A DNA stretch of 64,000 bases from Azolla caroliniana. Its lineage: Eukaryota > Plantae > Polypodiophyta. Of the stretch, positions 22,599-33,952 are shown piece after piece (positions within the stretch are counted from its first letter, which is position 1; the number at the start of each line of letters is the position of its first letter). The DNA is taken from NCBI GenBank assembly GCA_043228905.1, contig JBHGNT010000014.1, positions 15,500,001 through 15,564,000 on the forward strand. The letters are read 5' to 3'. Below the pieces are notes generated by a model. The model was not told the origin of the DNA and did not search any database. It worked only from the letters and a program-made list of their open reading frames with translations. The translations under genes were made by a program, and so were the position numbers.

Positions 22599-25559
22599 AT
22601 GATCAGAGACCCACGAAAGGTAGGACATGTGTTTACTCCGGAAACAATACAAGGGATGAAAATAGGAGGGGGTGACTTCCTATTACCCGCTGAAGAAAAG
22701 CAGTTCAGGGAGATGTTAAAAAGGCATGGAAAGGCGTTCGCATTCCAACCGGAGGAAATAGGGTGTGTGGATCCAGAAATTGTGGAGCCCATGGTTATAT
22801 TCACTATCCCTCATATTCCATGGAACTTTAAGCCAATACCCATGCCTAGGGCTAGAATCCCTCAACTACTAGAACTTTTGAAAGAAAAGATAAGGATGGG
22901 TATCTTGGAACCATCGAACGCTCCTTACTCGAGTCGATGGTTCACTGTGTTAAAGAAAGATGGGCGACTCCGATTTATCCAAGATATGCAACCCGTGAAT
23001 AAGGTAACAATCCGAAACTCGGGAGTAGGGCCAATTGTGGATGAGTTTGCTGAGATGTTTGCAGGAAGAGCTATATATTCAATGGGAGACCTTTATTCCG
23101 GGTATGATCAATTTCAACTTGCTATCAAAAGTCGAGATATAACTTCTATCAAGACACCTATAGGGTTAGTACGGATGTGCACCTTGCCGCAAGGAGCGAC
23201 CAACTCAGTGGCGCATATGATGAATGGAATGAACAAGGTACTTCGTGATTTTATTCCTCATATTACAATGCCTTTTCTAGATGATGTTCCAATTAAGGGA
23301 TGCAAGGAGGAAGAGAAGAACGAGGAATTGGACGAAAGTGGTTGCCGTCAATTCGTTGCTGATCATATCAAGGATTGTGAGAAGGTGCTATCAAGGATGG
23401 AAGAAGTGCATTTGACCTTATCAGGGGCGAAGTCAATATTTGGGGCAAAAGAGATATTAATAGTTGGTCATATGTGTGGCCCGTATGGGAGAAAGCCATC
23501 CCCAACCAAGGTCAATGCAATTCAAAATATGCAAGAGGAATGTACATCCATCTCAGAAGTACGAAGGTTTCTGGGGGTATGTGTTTTTTACTGTAAATGG
23601 ATTCCGCATTATGCCCATTTATCTGAACCTTTATATAGACTCCTAAGAAAAGGAGAGACATTTGAATGGAGTGAAGAGCATTCAGAGGCAATGAAGAAAT
23701 TGAAGTACTACTTGGCACAAGCTCCACCATTAAAGCAACCAGACTACACCCGGCCCATATATCTCACAGTAGACTCTAGTCCCATTGGAATTGGATGGGT
23801 GATAAGCCAACAAGATAGGGAAGAAAGGTATCCAGTCCGATTCGGGGCAAAGGTTCTTAGTGGTCGGCAAAGAAAATATGCACAGGTGAAAAGAGAGCTA
23901 TGGGGGATAGTAACAGCTGTAAAGACAGACAGAGATTACTTAATTGGTGCTGAAGTAATAATAGAAACAGATTGTTTGCCTATTCTGGGTATCATAGCTA
24001 ATTGTGATATTCCAGATCAAGCCATGTTAAGATGGTGTATCTATATTAGATCAATCAACCCTGAAGTTCGACATATCTCTGGGAATAGAAATGCAGTAGC
24101 AGATATGTTATCAAGAGCAAGGTATGAGGAAGAGGAGATTCCAGACTCGGACGATGAGGACAAAGAACAAACAGTCCTTACCACAAGCATTACTCAGGAA
24201 GGAGGAATGCAGTTTCTAGAAGAGGAGTATGAAGAAGAATTCAAGGAAATAGGGAAATACCTACAAACCCCTGACAAGTACAAAGGTCGATCTGGAAAAG
24301 AGTTCGCACAGTTTCGCAAGAAAGCCCATAAGTTCTTCCTGCATGAAGGATATCTATGGCGACATCCGAAAACCAAGACTGGAAACCCGCAAAGAGTAAT
24401 AGGTTCTGAAGGGCAAAGAAAGGAGATAATCAAAGAGCTGCATGACAAAGAATGGGCTGGTCATCGAGGAGTGTGGGCCACTTTCAATAAGATTAAAGAA
24501 CGATTTTGGTGGCCTCGATACTATGAGCAAATAAAAAAGTATGTGGAAACTTGTCCCACTTGTCAATATTATTCAAATGTAAAATTTTGTGATGAATTAC
24601 ACCCAACATACTCACCGGGGGTGCATTACAAGTGGATGATAGATTTGGTAACAATGCCACTTGGAGTAGGACAAAAGAGATACTTGGTTCTTGCTAGAGA
24701 AGATCTAACAAATCAAGTGGAAGGTCGTTCATTGAGAACAAAAGGGACATTAGGAGTATGTCAATTCATCTTGGAGGACATTGTTTGTAGATATGGATGT
24801 ATCGGGAAGATAGTGGCAGATAGGGGAGAACTCAATTCTGCGGAAGCTCAAGATTTTTTCGACAAAATAGGAATTCGGCTTTCTTTGACAACGGCGTACA
24901 ATCCAGAAGCTAATGGAAAGGTAGAAAGGGGACATGGGCCAATAGTCAAAGCTTTGGCAAAAGCATGTAGAGGACGGGTTAGTGATTGGCCAAAAACCTT
25001 ACCCTATGCACTATGGGCTGATAGGACAACTCACAGCACTGTTACTGGATATATGCCTGCAGAATTAATCACAGGACAGAAGCCAATAATGCCAATTGAA
25101 GAAAAGATAGCTACATGGGCTGTGTTGCCTTGGGAATCGGAAATGAGTAGGGAAGATTTACTTGCGGTTCGAATCCGACAACTTCAATCAAGGATAGAAG
25201 ACATAGAAAAAGCAGCTACTAGATTGAAAGAGGCAAGAATCAAGAATAAGGACAGATTTGACAAGATGAAAAGAATACGACCAAGAAAGGTGCAAGAGGG
25301 AGATTGGGTATTAGTATATGATAATAGCCTAGATAATCAATACAGTACTATTCAAAAGTTTGCAAAAAGATGGTTTGGACCTTATGAAGTTAGGAAAATA
25401 ACAGATAAAGCCACATATTTCCTCAATGAATTAGATGGGACAGAAATTCGTATCCCAATTGCAGGAAAAAGGATTAAAATATTTAAAAGGAGGGAGTCAT
25501 TAGAGCCTGAATTTTATGAAGAAGTAGAAGAACTAAAAATCGGAAGAAGTGTTGGATGA
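22599..25559 (+). CDS. pol: Gypsy pol (RT-RH-IN), copy 2
   Basis: Translation identical to 15445-18405. Confidence 0.95.
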   Translation: MIRDPRKVGHVFTPETIQGMKIGGGDFLLPAEEKQFREMLKRHGKAFAFQPEEIGCVDPEIVEPMVIFTIPHIPWNFKPIPMPRARIPQLLELLKEKIRMGILEPSNAPYSSRWFTVLKKDGRLRFIQDMQPVNKVTIRNSGVGPIVDEFAEMFAGRAIYSMGDLYSGYDQFQLAIKSRDITSIKTPIGLVRMCTLPQGATNSVAHMMNGMNKVLRDFIPHITMPFLDDVPIKGCKEEEKNEELDESGCRQFVADHIKDCEKVLSRMEEVHLTLSGAKSIFGAKEILIVGHMCGPYGRKPSPTKVNAIQNMQEECTSISEVRRFLGVCVFYCKWIPHYAHLSEPLYRLLRKGETFEWSEEHSEAMKKLKYYLAQAPPLKQPDYTRPIYLTVDSSPIGIGWVISQQDREERYPVRFGAKVLSGRQRKYAQVKRELWGIVTAVKTDRDYLIGAEVIIETDCLPILGIIANCDIPDQAMLRWCIYIRSINPEVRHISGNRNAVADMLSRARYEEEEIPDSDDEDKEQTVLTTSITQEGGMQFLEEEYEEEFKEIGKYLQTPDKYKGRSGKEFAQFRKKAHKFFLHEGYLWRHPKTKTGNPQRVIGSEGQRKEIIKELHDKEWAGHRGVWATFNKIKERFWWPRYYEQIKKYVETCPTCQYYSNVKFCDELHPTYSPGVHYKWMIDLVTMPLGVGQKRYLVLAREDLTNQVEGRSLRTKGTLGVCQFILEDIVCRYGCIGKIVADRGELNSAEAQDFFDKIGIRLSLTTAYNPEANGKVERGHGPIVKALAKACRGRVSDWPKTLPYALWADRTTHSTVTGYMPAELITGQKPIMPIEEKIATWAVLPWESEMSREDLLAVRIRQLQSRIEDIEKAATRLKEARIKNKDRFDKMKRIRPRKVQEGDWVLVYDNSLDNQYSTIQKFAKRWFGPYEVRKITDKATYFLNELDGTEIRIPIAGKRIKIFKRRESLEPEFYEEVEELKIGRSVG

Positions 25560-25597
25560 ACTCTGCACAACCAATGTGCAAGTTCAGAGGGGGTGGG

Positions 25598-26564
25598 TGT
25601 CGTGAAGAATGTGCTTCACGATATAAAAATGAGCTTAAATGTTGTATTTAATAATATTTGAGAGACTTGAACCCACATCCTTATATACGATGTACAATGT
25701 ACATACCACTAGGCTAGGCTATTTATTTGTAAAAGTGTGTAATAAATGTGCTTCATGATATAAGAATGAAGCTATATATTGTATTAAGTAAAATTGAGGG
25801 ACTTGAACCCTCAACCTTGTATACCAAGCACCAAGCATACACCACTAAGCTAGGTTAGTTATTTTAGAATGCATTTTCATCATTATACTTATCCCATACT
25901 ATTTTCATACATACCCATCATTCATCACATGCAATGCATGTGCGCCAAATGGCGATCATGCATTACATGTAACTCATGCATTGCATGCATGCCATGCTCC
26001 CATACATTACCATATGCATGGCAACACTTATATAAGGAGGGGAAAGGGAAAACAAGGGAAGGAATCAAGAGAGAGTGAGAAAATAATACAATCAATTGAA
26101 GAAGACTAGCTCATTGGGTGGGTGGAGAACCTCTCGTTTCGAAGTTGAGGTCGAGGGTTCAAATCAAGGGTCGGTATTGAAAAGATTCATCTTGCGATCA
26201 AGGATTGTAAAGTTGGTAAAATATTATATTTTTAATATACATCATGTTTATATCATATACTCTTGTTCTTTGAATCATACTTTGTCTCAATCTTCTTTCT
26301 AGAATCATACTTTGTCTCAATCTTCTTTCTAGAATCATACTTTGTCTCAATCTTCTTTCTTGAATCATATATTGTCTCTATCTTCTATCTATTCTCGTCT
26401 CGTCTCTCTCTCTCTCACACACACACATTACTCGTAACTCTTCTTCTTACTATCCTTAACCATTCTATCATCACCATACAAGCCTTATTAAAAGTTAAGT
26501 TCCTTCAACTCCCCTTAACCTTAGTCCCCGCGACTTCGCCGCACGAACCACAACTACCCCGACA
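25598..26564 (+). repeat. LTR-A copy 3
   Basis: Repeat of 11290-12256 at +14308. Confidence 0.9.
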
Positions 26565-26595
26565 CATTTGGTGAACCCGACTTGAAAAAAACAAG

Positions 26596-28464
26596 GTGGT
26601 AACGGGGGCATCACGAATGATGGATGTGATCTTGGATGCACACGACTTAGAGGAGTCGATAAGAATAGAAGGTGGTCCGAGGCTCATGATGCTTCCATTT
26701 TTAAGGAAGGCCGTCGAAATGATGTTTCATGATGATAAGGATAGAGCAGTGGAGTATCTCAAGTTGGCAAGGCAAATCGAAAGACTATATCCAAAAATTC
26801 CGGATTGGTACAAAGCGGTTCTGACGTCAAGATTTGAGCAACAACCTTTTCATGGTTTACTCAACGGTGACGATGATGAAGATGATCTAGATCGGCATAG
26901 CTGCGGTCGTGAAGAGACATGTGACGAAGAACAAGGCTTTGAAGAGAGATATCCAGATCAACATGCCTATGGTCATTACGAGGATTGTTGCAAACTCGAC
27001 AAAGGAGAAACATGTGACGAAGAACGCGATCTTGAAGGGAGAGGTTATGGTTGTCATCATAAAGATCATTGCGCACTTAAGAGAAGAGAGAGATGCACTG
27101 AAGAAGGATGTGATCGTGAAGAGACATGTGATGAAGAACATGGGCTCATGAGGGAAGATCGAGAAGGATGCGATCATAAAGACACAAGCAATGGAGAACA
27201 TCGGTTCGAGGGGAATGACAAAGATACTCAAGAATGCAATCGTGAAAAGACATTTGACAAAGAACGTGGGCTTGAGGAGACAGATCAAGATCTACATGGT
27301 CATGACAAAGACAAAGATCATTACAAACTCACAAAGAGTGCTCGAGATCTACAAGGTTATGATCATGTCAAAGATTATTGTAAACACAAGAGGATAAATC
27401 AAGGTCGAGCTCTTCATGGTTGTGCTAATGAAAAAGCACTCGATGAAAGTCGTGATGGTGAGAGTAGTTGGGATCAAGAATCTCATGGTCTAAATTTTGA
27501 TGACAAGTATGATAGGTTTAATGAGAGCCATGAACAAGAGAAGAAGTTAGGAAGAGACGAAAACTTTACATTTAAACATAATGATGGTGATGATAATAAT
27601 GATACGCATGATTTAGGGCTTGAGGATAGTAAGGGAGAGTGTATTATTGATGGTGAGAGTGAGTGCCATGAGAAGAATGAGGGTTATGATAAAAAGTTAT
27701 GCAGTTTTTGTGGATATGGTTATGCTAAGGGTAATGATGAGGGTGAGAGTGACGAAAAGGATTTTTGTGTTTTAGGTTGCGTTGGTTTTCTTCGTGATAG
27801 ATTTTTCACTAAATCAAATGGTGACATTCATGAGGACATCCATTATGAAAATGGAATAGGGTTTTGCGATGATGAGGATGTTCTACAAAAATATGTCCAT
27901 GATAATGTGGGGTTACATAATGATCACAAGGGTATAAGTAAGGAAAATCTAGAAAATGCAATGATGGTTTGGGATGTGTTTAATGATGATGTTGGTGTTG
28001 TGAGTATGTTCAAGAAGGATGAGTTTAGGGTAAATGAGATTGAATATGACGGTTATCTCGTGATAAATGATTTGATGATTAAAGATGTAGTTAACTCCAA
28101 GGATGATTATAATGATGATGTAAGTATAATTAACATTGAGATTGGTATCAAAGAAGATGATATGATGTTAAAATGGATGGTTATTACTTATAAAGAAGAA
28201 AGGAAAGAAGTGATTATAAGGACTACCCAAGGGAAGGAAGGGAAAGATGCATCAAGATGGTGGGATGTTCAATTAAACATAGGAGGTTGTATTGCCAACA
28301 TTTCCATTGCCCATCTCAAAGAAAAAGATTGGCTAATTAGAAGAAGCACCCGGTTTTTAGATTCGTTTCGACAAGACATATCGACAACACCCCAAGAAGA
28401 TCAAAGAAGAAGGTTGGGTATTGGTCTACAACAAGAAGGTGGTTCGGATCATATGTGGAGCTAG
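26596..28464 (+). CDS. Unknown acidic Cys/His-repeat protein, copy 3
   Basis: Translation identical to 12288-14156. Confidence 0.6.
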   Translation: MVTGASRMMDVILDAHDLEESIRIEGGPRLMMLPFLRKAVEMMFHDDKDRAVEYLKLARQIERLYPKIPDWYKAVLTSRFEQQPFHGLLNGDDDEDDLDRHSCGREETCDEEQGFEERYPDQHAYGHYEDCCKLDKGETCDEERDLEGRGYGCHHKDHCALKRRERCTEEGCDREETCDEEHGLMREDREGCDHKDTSNGEHRFEGNDKDTQECNREKTFDKERGLEETDQDLHGHDKDKDHYKLTKSARDLQGYDHVKDYCKHKRINQGRALHGCANEKALDESRDGESSWDQESHGLNFDDKYDRFNESHEQEKKLGRDENFTFKHNDGDDNNDTHDLGLEDSKGECIIDGESECHEKNEGYDKKLCSFCGYGYAKGNDEGESDEKDFCVLGCVGFLRDRFFTKSNGDIHEDIHYENGIGFCDDEDVLQKYVHDNVGLHNDHKGISKENLENAMMVWDVFNDDVGVVSMFKKDEFRVNEIEYDGYLVINDLMIKDVVNSKDDYNDDVSIINIEIGIKEDDMMLKWMVITYKEERKEVIIRTTQGKEGKDASRWWDVQLNIGGCIANISIAHLKEKDWLIRRSTRFLDSFRQDISTTPQEDQRRRLGIGLQQEGGSDHMWS

Positions 28465-28692
28465 ACAGATCAAGGTTGGCCAAACCCATTACGGGGAAAA
28501 GAGTAAAAGACCTTCAAGAAAAAACAAGGCGAGGGTTCCCGAACTCGATGATCTCAACAATGAAGATAGTAAGGCGTAACCCACAAACATGAGCGAGGTC
28601 AACGAGGACATGGAGGAATCTCACACCGTGGCCGAAATCTCACATTCTCTTCTTAGCACGTACTAGAGGACATGCGGTTTGGTGGGGGTGGA

Positions 28693-28802
28693 TGTTGTGA
28701 AGATTTTCGGCAACGGTGTGAAAATCCCATGGAACGAGGAAAATCGAGAAGGTGCAATATGCACATGTATGAAAGGGGTGATGGTTAATGTGCACATGTA
28801 AT
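28693..28802 (+). repeat. LTR-B copy 3, truncated
   Basis: First about 110 bp of LTR-B joined directly to Copia RT sequence. Confidence 0.88.
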
Positions 28803-31716
28803 CCTTCTCGAATCCTTCCGGTTGCTGCATGTAGATCTCTTCTTCGAGGTCACCGTGAAGGAATGCCGTCTTCACGTCCATCTGTTCTACCTCGAGGTCC
28901 ATGCTTGCCGCTATGCTCAGCACCGTCCGGATGGAGGTCATCTTCACTACCGGGGCAAATATCTCGTCGAAGTCGACGCCCTTCTTCTGCTGAAACCCCT
29001 TCACCACGATCCTGGCTTTGTATCTCGGGGGGTTTCCGGCATCTCCCGGTTTCAGCTTGAACACCCACTTGTTTCGAAGTGCCCGCTTTCCTTTCGGCAA
29101 CTCCACAAGTTCATATGTGTGGTTCTCATGCAGGGAATCCATCTCGTCCTGCATGGCACTCAACCACCTGCGGCTCTGGGTGTCATGCTTTGCTTCTTCA
29201 AAGCTCTCCGGCTCCCCCTCGTCGGTTAGTAGCACGTGCTCTGGTTCCGGAAATCTCCGGGGGGCCCTTCTCTCTCTTAGAGGATATCTCCGTTCCGGAG
29301 CTTCGGTAACCGGCTCCTGCGTTTCTTCTTCATCCGAATCCATTTCGGGATCGGGGCCGGTTCCGGTATCATTTTCATCTTCCTCGGCCGGTTCTGTTTC
29401 TTCACCGTCTTCGGCCGGATCTTCGAGTGTTAACCGGTCCCTTGCCGGTTGGGACTGCTCCTCGTAGAGTTTATCCTCACCGGTCGACTTGGAGCTCTTC
29501 ATCTTCTTCTCCGACTCCCAGTCGACGAGTGTCTTGTTCTCCATGAAGATGATATCATGACTCCGGAATATCTTCTTGTCGACCGGGTCCCATACTCGGT
29601 AGCCGAACTCGTCATCGCCGTAACCGAGGAATATGCATGGCCGGGTCTTTGGATCTAGCTTTCCTCTCCGGTCCTTTGCCACATGCACGTCTGCGAGACA
29701 CCCGAACACCTTCAGATGCCGGTAGGATACTTCCCTACCGGTCCACACTCTCTGCGGCGTGTCTCCGTCCAAAGGTACTGAGGGTGATCTGTTTATCACG
29801 TATGTCGCCGTCGACATCGCCTCAGCCCAAAACCCTTTGGGTAATTCTGCATGCGCCAGCATACTCCGGACCCTCTCCATTATGGTCCGGTTCATCCTCT
29901 CGGCCAGCCCGTTCAGTTCCGGCGTCTTCGGCACAGTAAACTCGAGCCGGATTCCCTTCGAGCGGCAGTACTCCGCGAACTGCCCCCGGTATTCCCCTCC
30001 GTTATCCGCTCGTATCGCTTTCAGCTTCTTGCCGGATTCCCTTTCCACTCTCGCGTGGAGTTCTTTGAAGACGCACAACACTTGGTCCTTTGTCTTCAGC
30101 GGTGCCGTCCACAGTTTTCGGCTATGATCATCTATGAATGTTACGAAGTACTGAGCTCCGCCATGTGACTTCGTTTCTACCTGACACACATCAGTGTGCA
30201 CCAACTCCAATGGTGCGCTACGTCTCGTCGGTGGCCTTGAGTGGAAGGAGGTTCGGTTCTGCTTACCGGCCAGGCAATCAGTGCACTTCTCCAGGTGCAC
30301 ATGCTTCACTGGAATAAGGTTGTCTTCTGCAAGCCTCTTCATCCCCTTCTCACTCATGTGGCACAGTCTCTTGTGCCACAGCTCACCGGCAGTGTCGGCT
30401 GCCACGTTCAACTCTTCCGGACACAACCAGGCATTCATAAGGTACAGTGTGTTGACTTTCCGGGCCTGAGCCACTATCAGGCTCCCCTTGCTGAACTTCA
30501 TTACGCCGTTCCGGATGCTACCTGTGTAGCCTTCATCGTCTAGCCTCCCGGCCGAAATCAGGTTCAATCGAACCTCCGGAACGTGTCAGACATCCTTCAG
30601 CAGCATTTTGCATCCGGTCGAGGTTGTCAACCACACGTCTCCTATGCCGGCAATCCGGCACGTACCTTCATTTCCCATCCGAACACAGCCATGCTCACCG
30701 GCTGTGTAGGATGAGAAGTATCTTCTCTCCGGGGTCAGGTGGAACGATGCTCCGGAATCGACCACCCAGGTCGTCTCATCGCCGGCAATGTTTAGTTCAC
30801 CTTCTTCGGTGATGAGCATGATTTCTTCCTCACTTGCCGCGAGTGCCGTCGTTCCTTTCCGGTCCTGCCCTCGCCGATCCGGACCTCTCCGGTCCGTGGC
30901 TCCCCGGTATGCACCGTTTCTCTCCGGTGACTTCTTCGAATCGGTGTCGTCGGCTCCGTTGTCCTTTCGGTAATGCCGACAATTCTTCCGGAAGTGCCCC
31001 GGCTTCCCACAGTGGAAGCATGTGGGTCTTCCTCTTGACTGCGACCGGGTCCCCGACTTCTCCCGTCTTTGCGGACTCCGGTTCCATTGTCTTCCCCGTT
31101 CCGATTCGGTAAGCAGCGCCTTCGAGTCGGAGGCCGGTTCTTTATCTCTCCGACGCGCTTCTTCGTTCAAAATACTTGTCTTTACCGTTTGTAGGGACAA
31201 GTTATCTTCCGTGCAGGAGGTGCTGAGAGTCACCACCAAGTTCTCCCAGCTTTCCGGCAATGTACACATCAGAATGATGGCTTGCATTGCATCCTCCAGC
31301 GGGAACTTGATCGCCGCAAGCTGGTTCACGAATCCCATGAACGTGCTTACGTGTTCCACCATACTCTCGCCGTCCCGGTACTTGAGGTTCACTATCTTCC
31401 TCATCAGGGAGGTCCGGTTCAACGCATTCTTCCTCTCGTAGAGGCCCGACAGCTTCCGCCACATCTCATATGCGTTGATATCGTTCGCCACATGTTGTAG
31501 AACGCTCACGTCGACGTATTGCCGAATGGTTGCAACGGCTTTCCGGTTCAGAAGCCTCCATTCCGACTCAAGTACCCCCTTCGGTATTTCCGACCTGTCA
31601 ATCGGTTCGTACAGGTCCCGAACAATCAGAAGATCCTCCATCTTGATCTTCCAGTCGGCGTAATTCTGCGCATTCAGCACCATCATCCCCGGCTGCCCGC
31701 TGCCGCCGCCTTCCAT
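28801..31716 (-). pseudogene. Copia gag-PR-IN and RT N-terminus
   Basis: ATG 31716; CFHCGKPGHFRKNC knuckle, VVDSGASFH protease, LWHKRLCH/CTDC and HTD/ADNGGEY/AER integrase, QMDVKTAFLHG RT; one in-frame TGA at 30586-30588 (probably CGA>TGA). Confidence 0.93.
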
Positions 31717-31731
31717 TTTCTGCAGCAGCCT

Positions 31732-31743
31732 GCTCTGATACCA
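31732..31743 (-). other. Copia PBS (initiator tRNA-Met)
   Basis: TGGTATCAGAGC 3 nt after the 5' LTR. Confidence 0.92.
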
Positions 31744-31746
31744 AAT

Positions 31747-32374
31747 TGATGGAAAAATCGACACTTTCCAAACTCCACCTCTCGGCCACAACCAAGGAAA
31801 CACACGAATCGTTGTTGCAGAAAATGGGAAATGCAAAAGTAAATAAGTGGACACACGATTTAACGTGGAAAACCCTGTACGGGAAAAACCACGGGAGTAC
31901 AAGACTCCGAACCAAAACTATGCACAGAGAAATATACAATGGCGAGCTGCAAGGCGACGACCTTGAGCTCGCTGTCCTCGCCACAGGCGGCGGAATTACA
32001 CAGAGGCGTCGACCTCTTCCTCTCTCACGCTCTATCTCTCTCACGGCTGCTCTCTCTCTCTCTCACGGCTGCTCTCTCTCTTCACTCCTCTTGAGTGGAA
32101 AAACAGAAAAATGAGTAGCAACATTAAAACTGTTTGCCCTAAGTCATATTTATACACATATGACTTTAGGGCTATTTACAACTATAGCCTCAAGGGCCCT
32201 TGGCAAACATATTCACAGATATGTCCCCGCATCCGGATCTCTCTCCGGGTACATTCGTCATCCGGCTCCGAAGCCGGGGTCTTCATCATCCGGTTCCGAA
32301 ACCGCAACCGGGCTTGTCGTCATTCATCTCCAACATCCGACCATCCCATCCGGAAAGGGACCGTAAACCCAACA
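31747..32374 (-). repeat. Copia 5' LTR (628 bp)
   Basis: Matches 9868-10473. Confidence 0.95.
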
Positions 32375-33952
32375 GAGATATATCATCCCCTCAGCCAGAC
32401 CAATCGGCATCTTTCCTGAGGACCAAATCTCTTGGAACCCGACTTCCAAGGACGGGATAACACATTCCCAATGAATCTCAAAGAAATCTCGTGAGAGACC
32501 ATCGGGACCGGGGCATGCACCCCTTCGCAATCCCCTAAGTGCCTCCGAGAGCTCTAAACGAGAGATGGGACTATCGAGCACAACTTCCATCTCTTGGGTT
32601 ACCTTGGGGTGAATGCAAGACATCACTCGATCAGCCAGCTCCGAGTTTTGCCGCACATGCATAGGTGCGAGGAGGTCACGATAGTATTGTGTTGCCATTT
32701 CCAGAACCTCAGTCTTGTCCTCCGTTATTGAGCCGTCTGGTTTTCGCAGCCCGTGTATACGTCCACCACCACCCTTGGGTGCCTTGTAGTGAAAGAAATG
32801 TCGGTTGACCTTGTCGTCTTTTCTAGCCCACCATGCTGCGTTTCTTCGAAACAGCATTCGGTTCTTCTCCAAAGTCCTTTCATGTACCTTCATCTTTGCT
32901 TCCTCTAGTTTAGCTCTAGACCATTTGCAACCAGGGTCTACCTGTAACAACCGTTGCGCTGCCGCAACGGCCTTCCTTAATTTTGTTTCAATGGCTCTAA
33001 CCTGTTGGAGGGCGCGCTTGGTCTCTTGTTGTAAAAAGGAGGAGGAGAGGGCCAATTTTTTCTGCAGATCTTCGCTGGCTGATTTACTGCCCATGGTGTC
33101 TTGCCATATACTCTGTAAACCGGCCTTCACCTCTTCACTCTTCATGATCTTTATGGGGATCTTTACATTGAGACTGCCCTTGCTATCGATGGGTGGGTTA
33201 AGGTCTAGTCTCACCGGCTGATGATCTGAAAAGGTAAGGCCTGCCAAGATAGCAAAGGAGCCCCCGAGCTCTTCGAGGGATGAGCTGATGTATATGCGGT
33301 CTAGCCGTGCAAGACTACCGCCCCTAGCATTCCCGGCGGCTCTAGAAAAGTGCAGCGAATGAGAGCTTCGCCTAAGGGAAGAGCCCCATGTATCCTTCAC
33401 CCCGATTTTGCCAATTAGGAAAGCCCATGAATCCAGCTCCGCACCATAAATAGGCCTCTCGGTCCCTCCTTTCCTATCTCCCATGTGTTCAGTCATGTTG
33501 AAATCACCTGCCATTACCCAAGCCTCGACATTAGGTAATGTTGTCGCTAGCATCCTCCAAAAGATTGCTCTCTCGGGGGCTGAGTTAGGGGCATAAATGT
33601 TTAGCACCCCAATCTGTAGGCGATTCCATTTCAGAAGCACGTATAAGGCCCGACCCTCCACCAGCGTGCCAGATGATGTTACTTCGTATCGGGCCTTATC
33701 GCTGATCGAGATGCAGACCCCTCCTCTTCGGTGGAGGTCACCCTGCGCAGCCGACCACCATGTGGTCCACCCACCCGACAAGGGGTTTACTAAGCTTTGA
33801 GTTCGCTCTTGCGAGAGGTGGTGTTCCTGCAAAAGCAATATGTCAATATGGCCCCCTATATTAAGGGGATTCAACTCCTCCTGAAGTCTTCTACACTCTT
33901 GGTGTTGTCGGCCTCCACCAAGGTCCTGTACATTCCACGTTAGGATCCTCAT
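32375..33952 (-). pseudogene. L1 ORF2 N-terminal part (APE endonuclease, linker, RT start)
   Basis: MRILTWNV, LLQEHH, NIYAPN, AGDFN, RLDRIY, SDHQPV, CPGPDG; GMIYL rejoins IPKSQE at 9862 once the Copia is removed. Confidence 0.93.

Larger units (their letters stand above)
11290..28802 (+). mobile_element. Tandem array (about 2.45 x 7,154 bp) of a compound Ty3/Gypsy unit: LTR-A, PBS, acidic ORF, PPT, LTR-B, PBS, pol, PPT
   Basis: All ORFs recur at +7154 and +14308 with identical translations; array starts exactly at the TG of LTR-A and is truncated about 110 bp into the third LTR-B. Confidence 0.93.
9868..32374 (-). mobile_element. Ty1/Copia LTR retrotransposon (Tnt1/Tork-like), GC-rich, inserted in L1 ORF2
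   Basis: TG...CA LTRs 9868-10473 and 31747-32374, 5-bp TSD GAGAT (9863-9867, 32375-32379), PBS, PPT and gag-PR-IN-RT-RH domain order. Confidence 0.95.

Noticed and set aside
11290-28802. Simple nested insertion of a B-pol element into an A element
   Set aside because: pol is flanked by B on the left and A on the right, each junction has a native PBS or PPT, and no TSD flanks LTR-B
28663-30567. 634-aa ORF with a novel C-terminus (likewise the N-terminus of ORF 10484-11311 and the C-terminus of ORF 32324-33952)
   Set aside because: The extra residues are LTR sequence read across TE junctions
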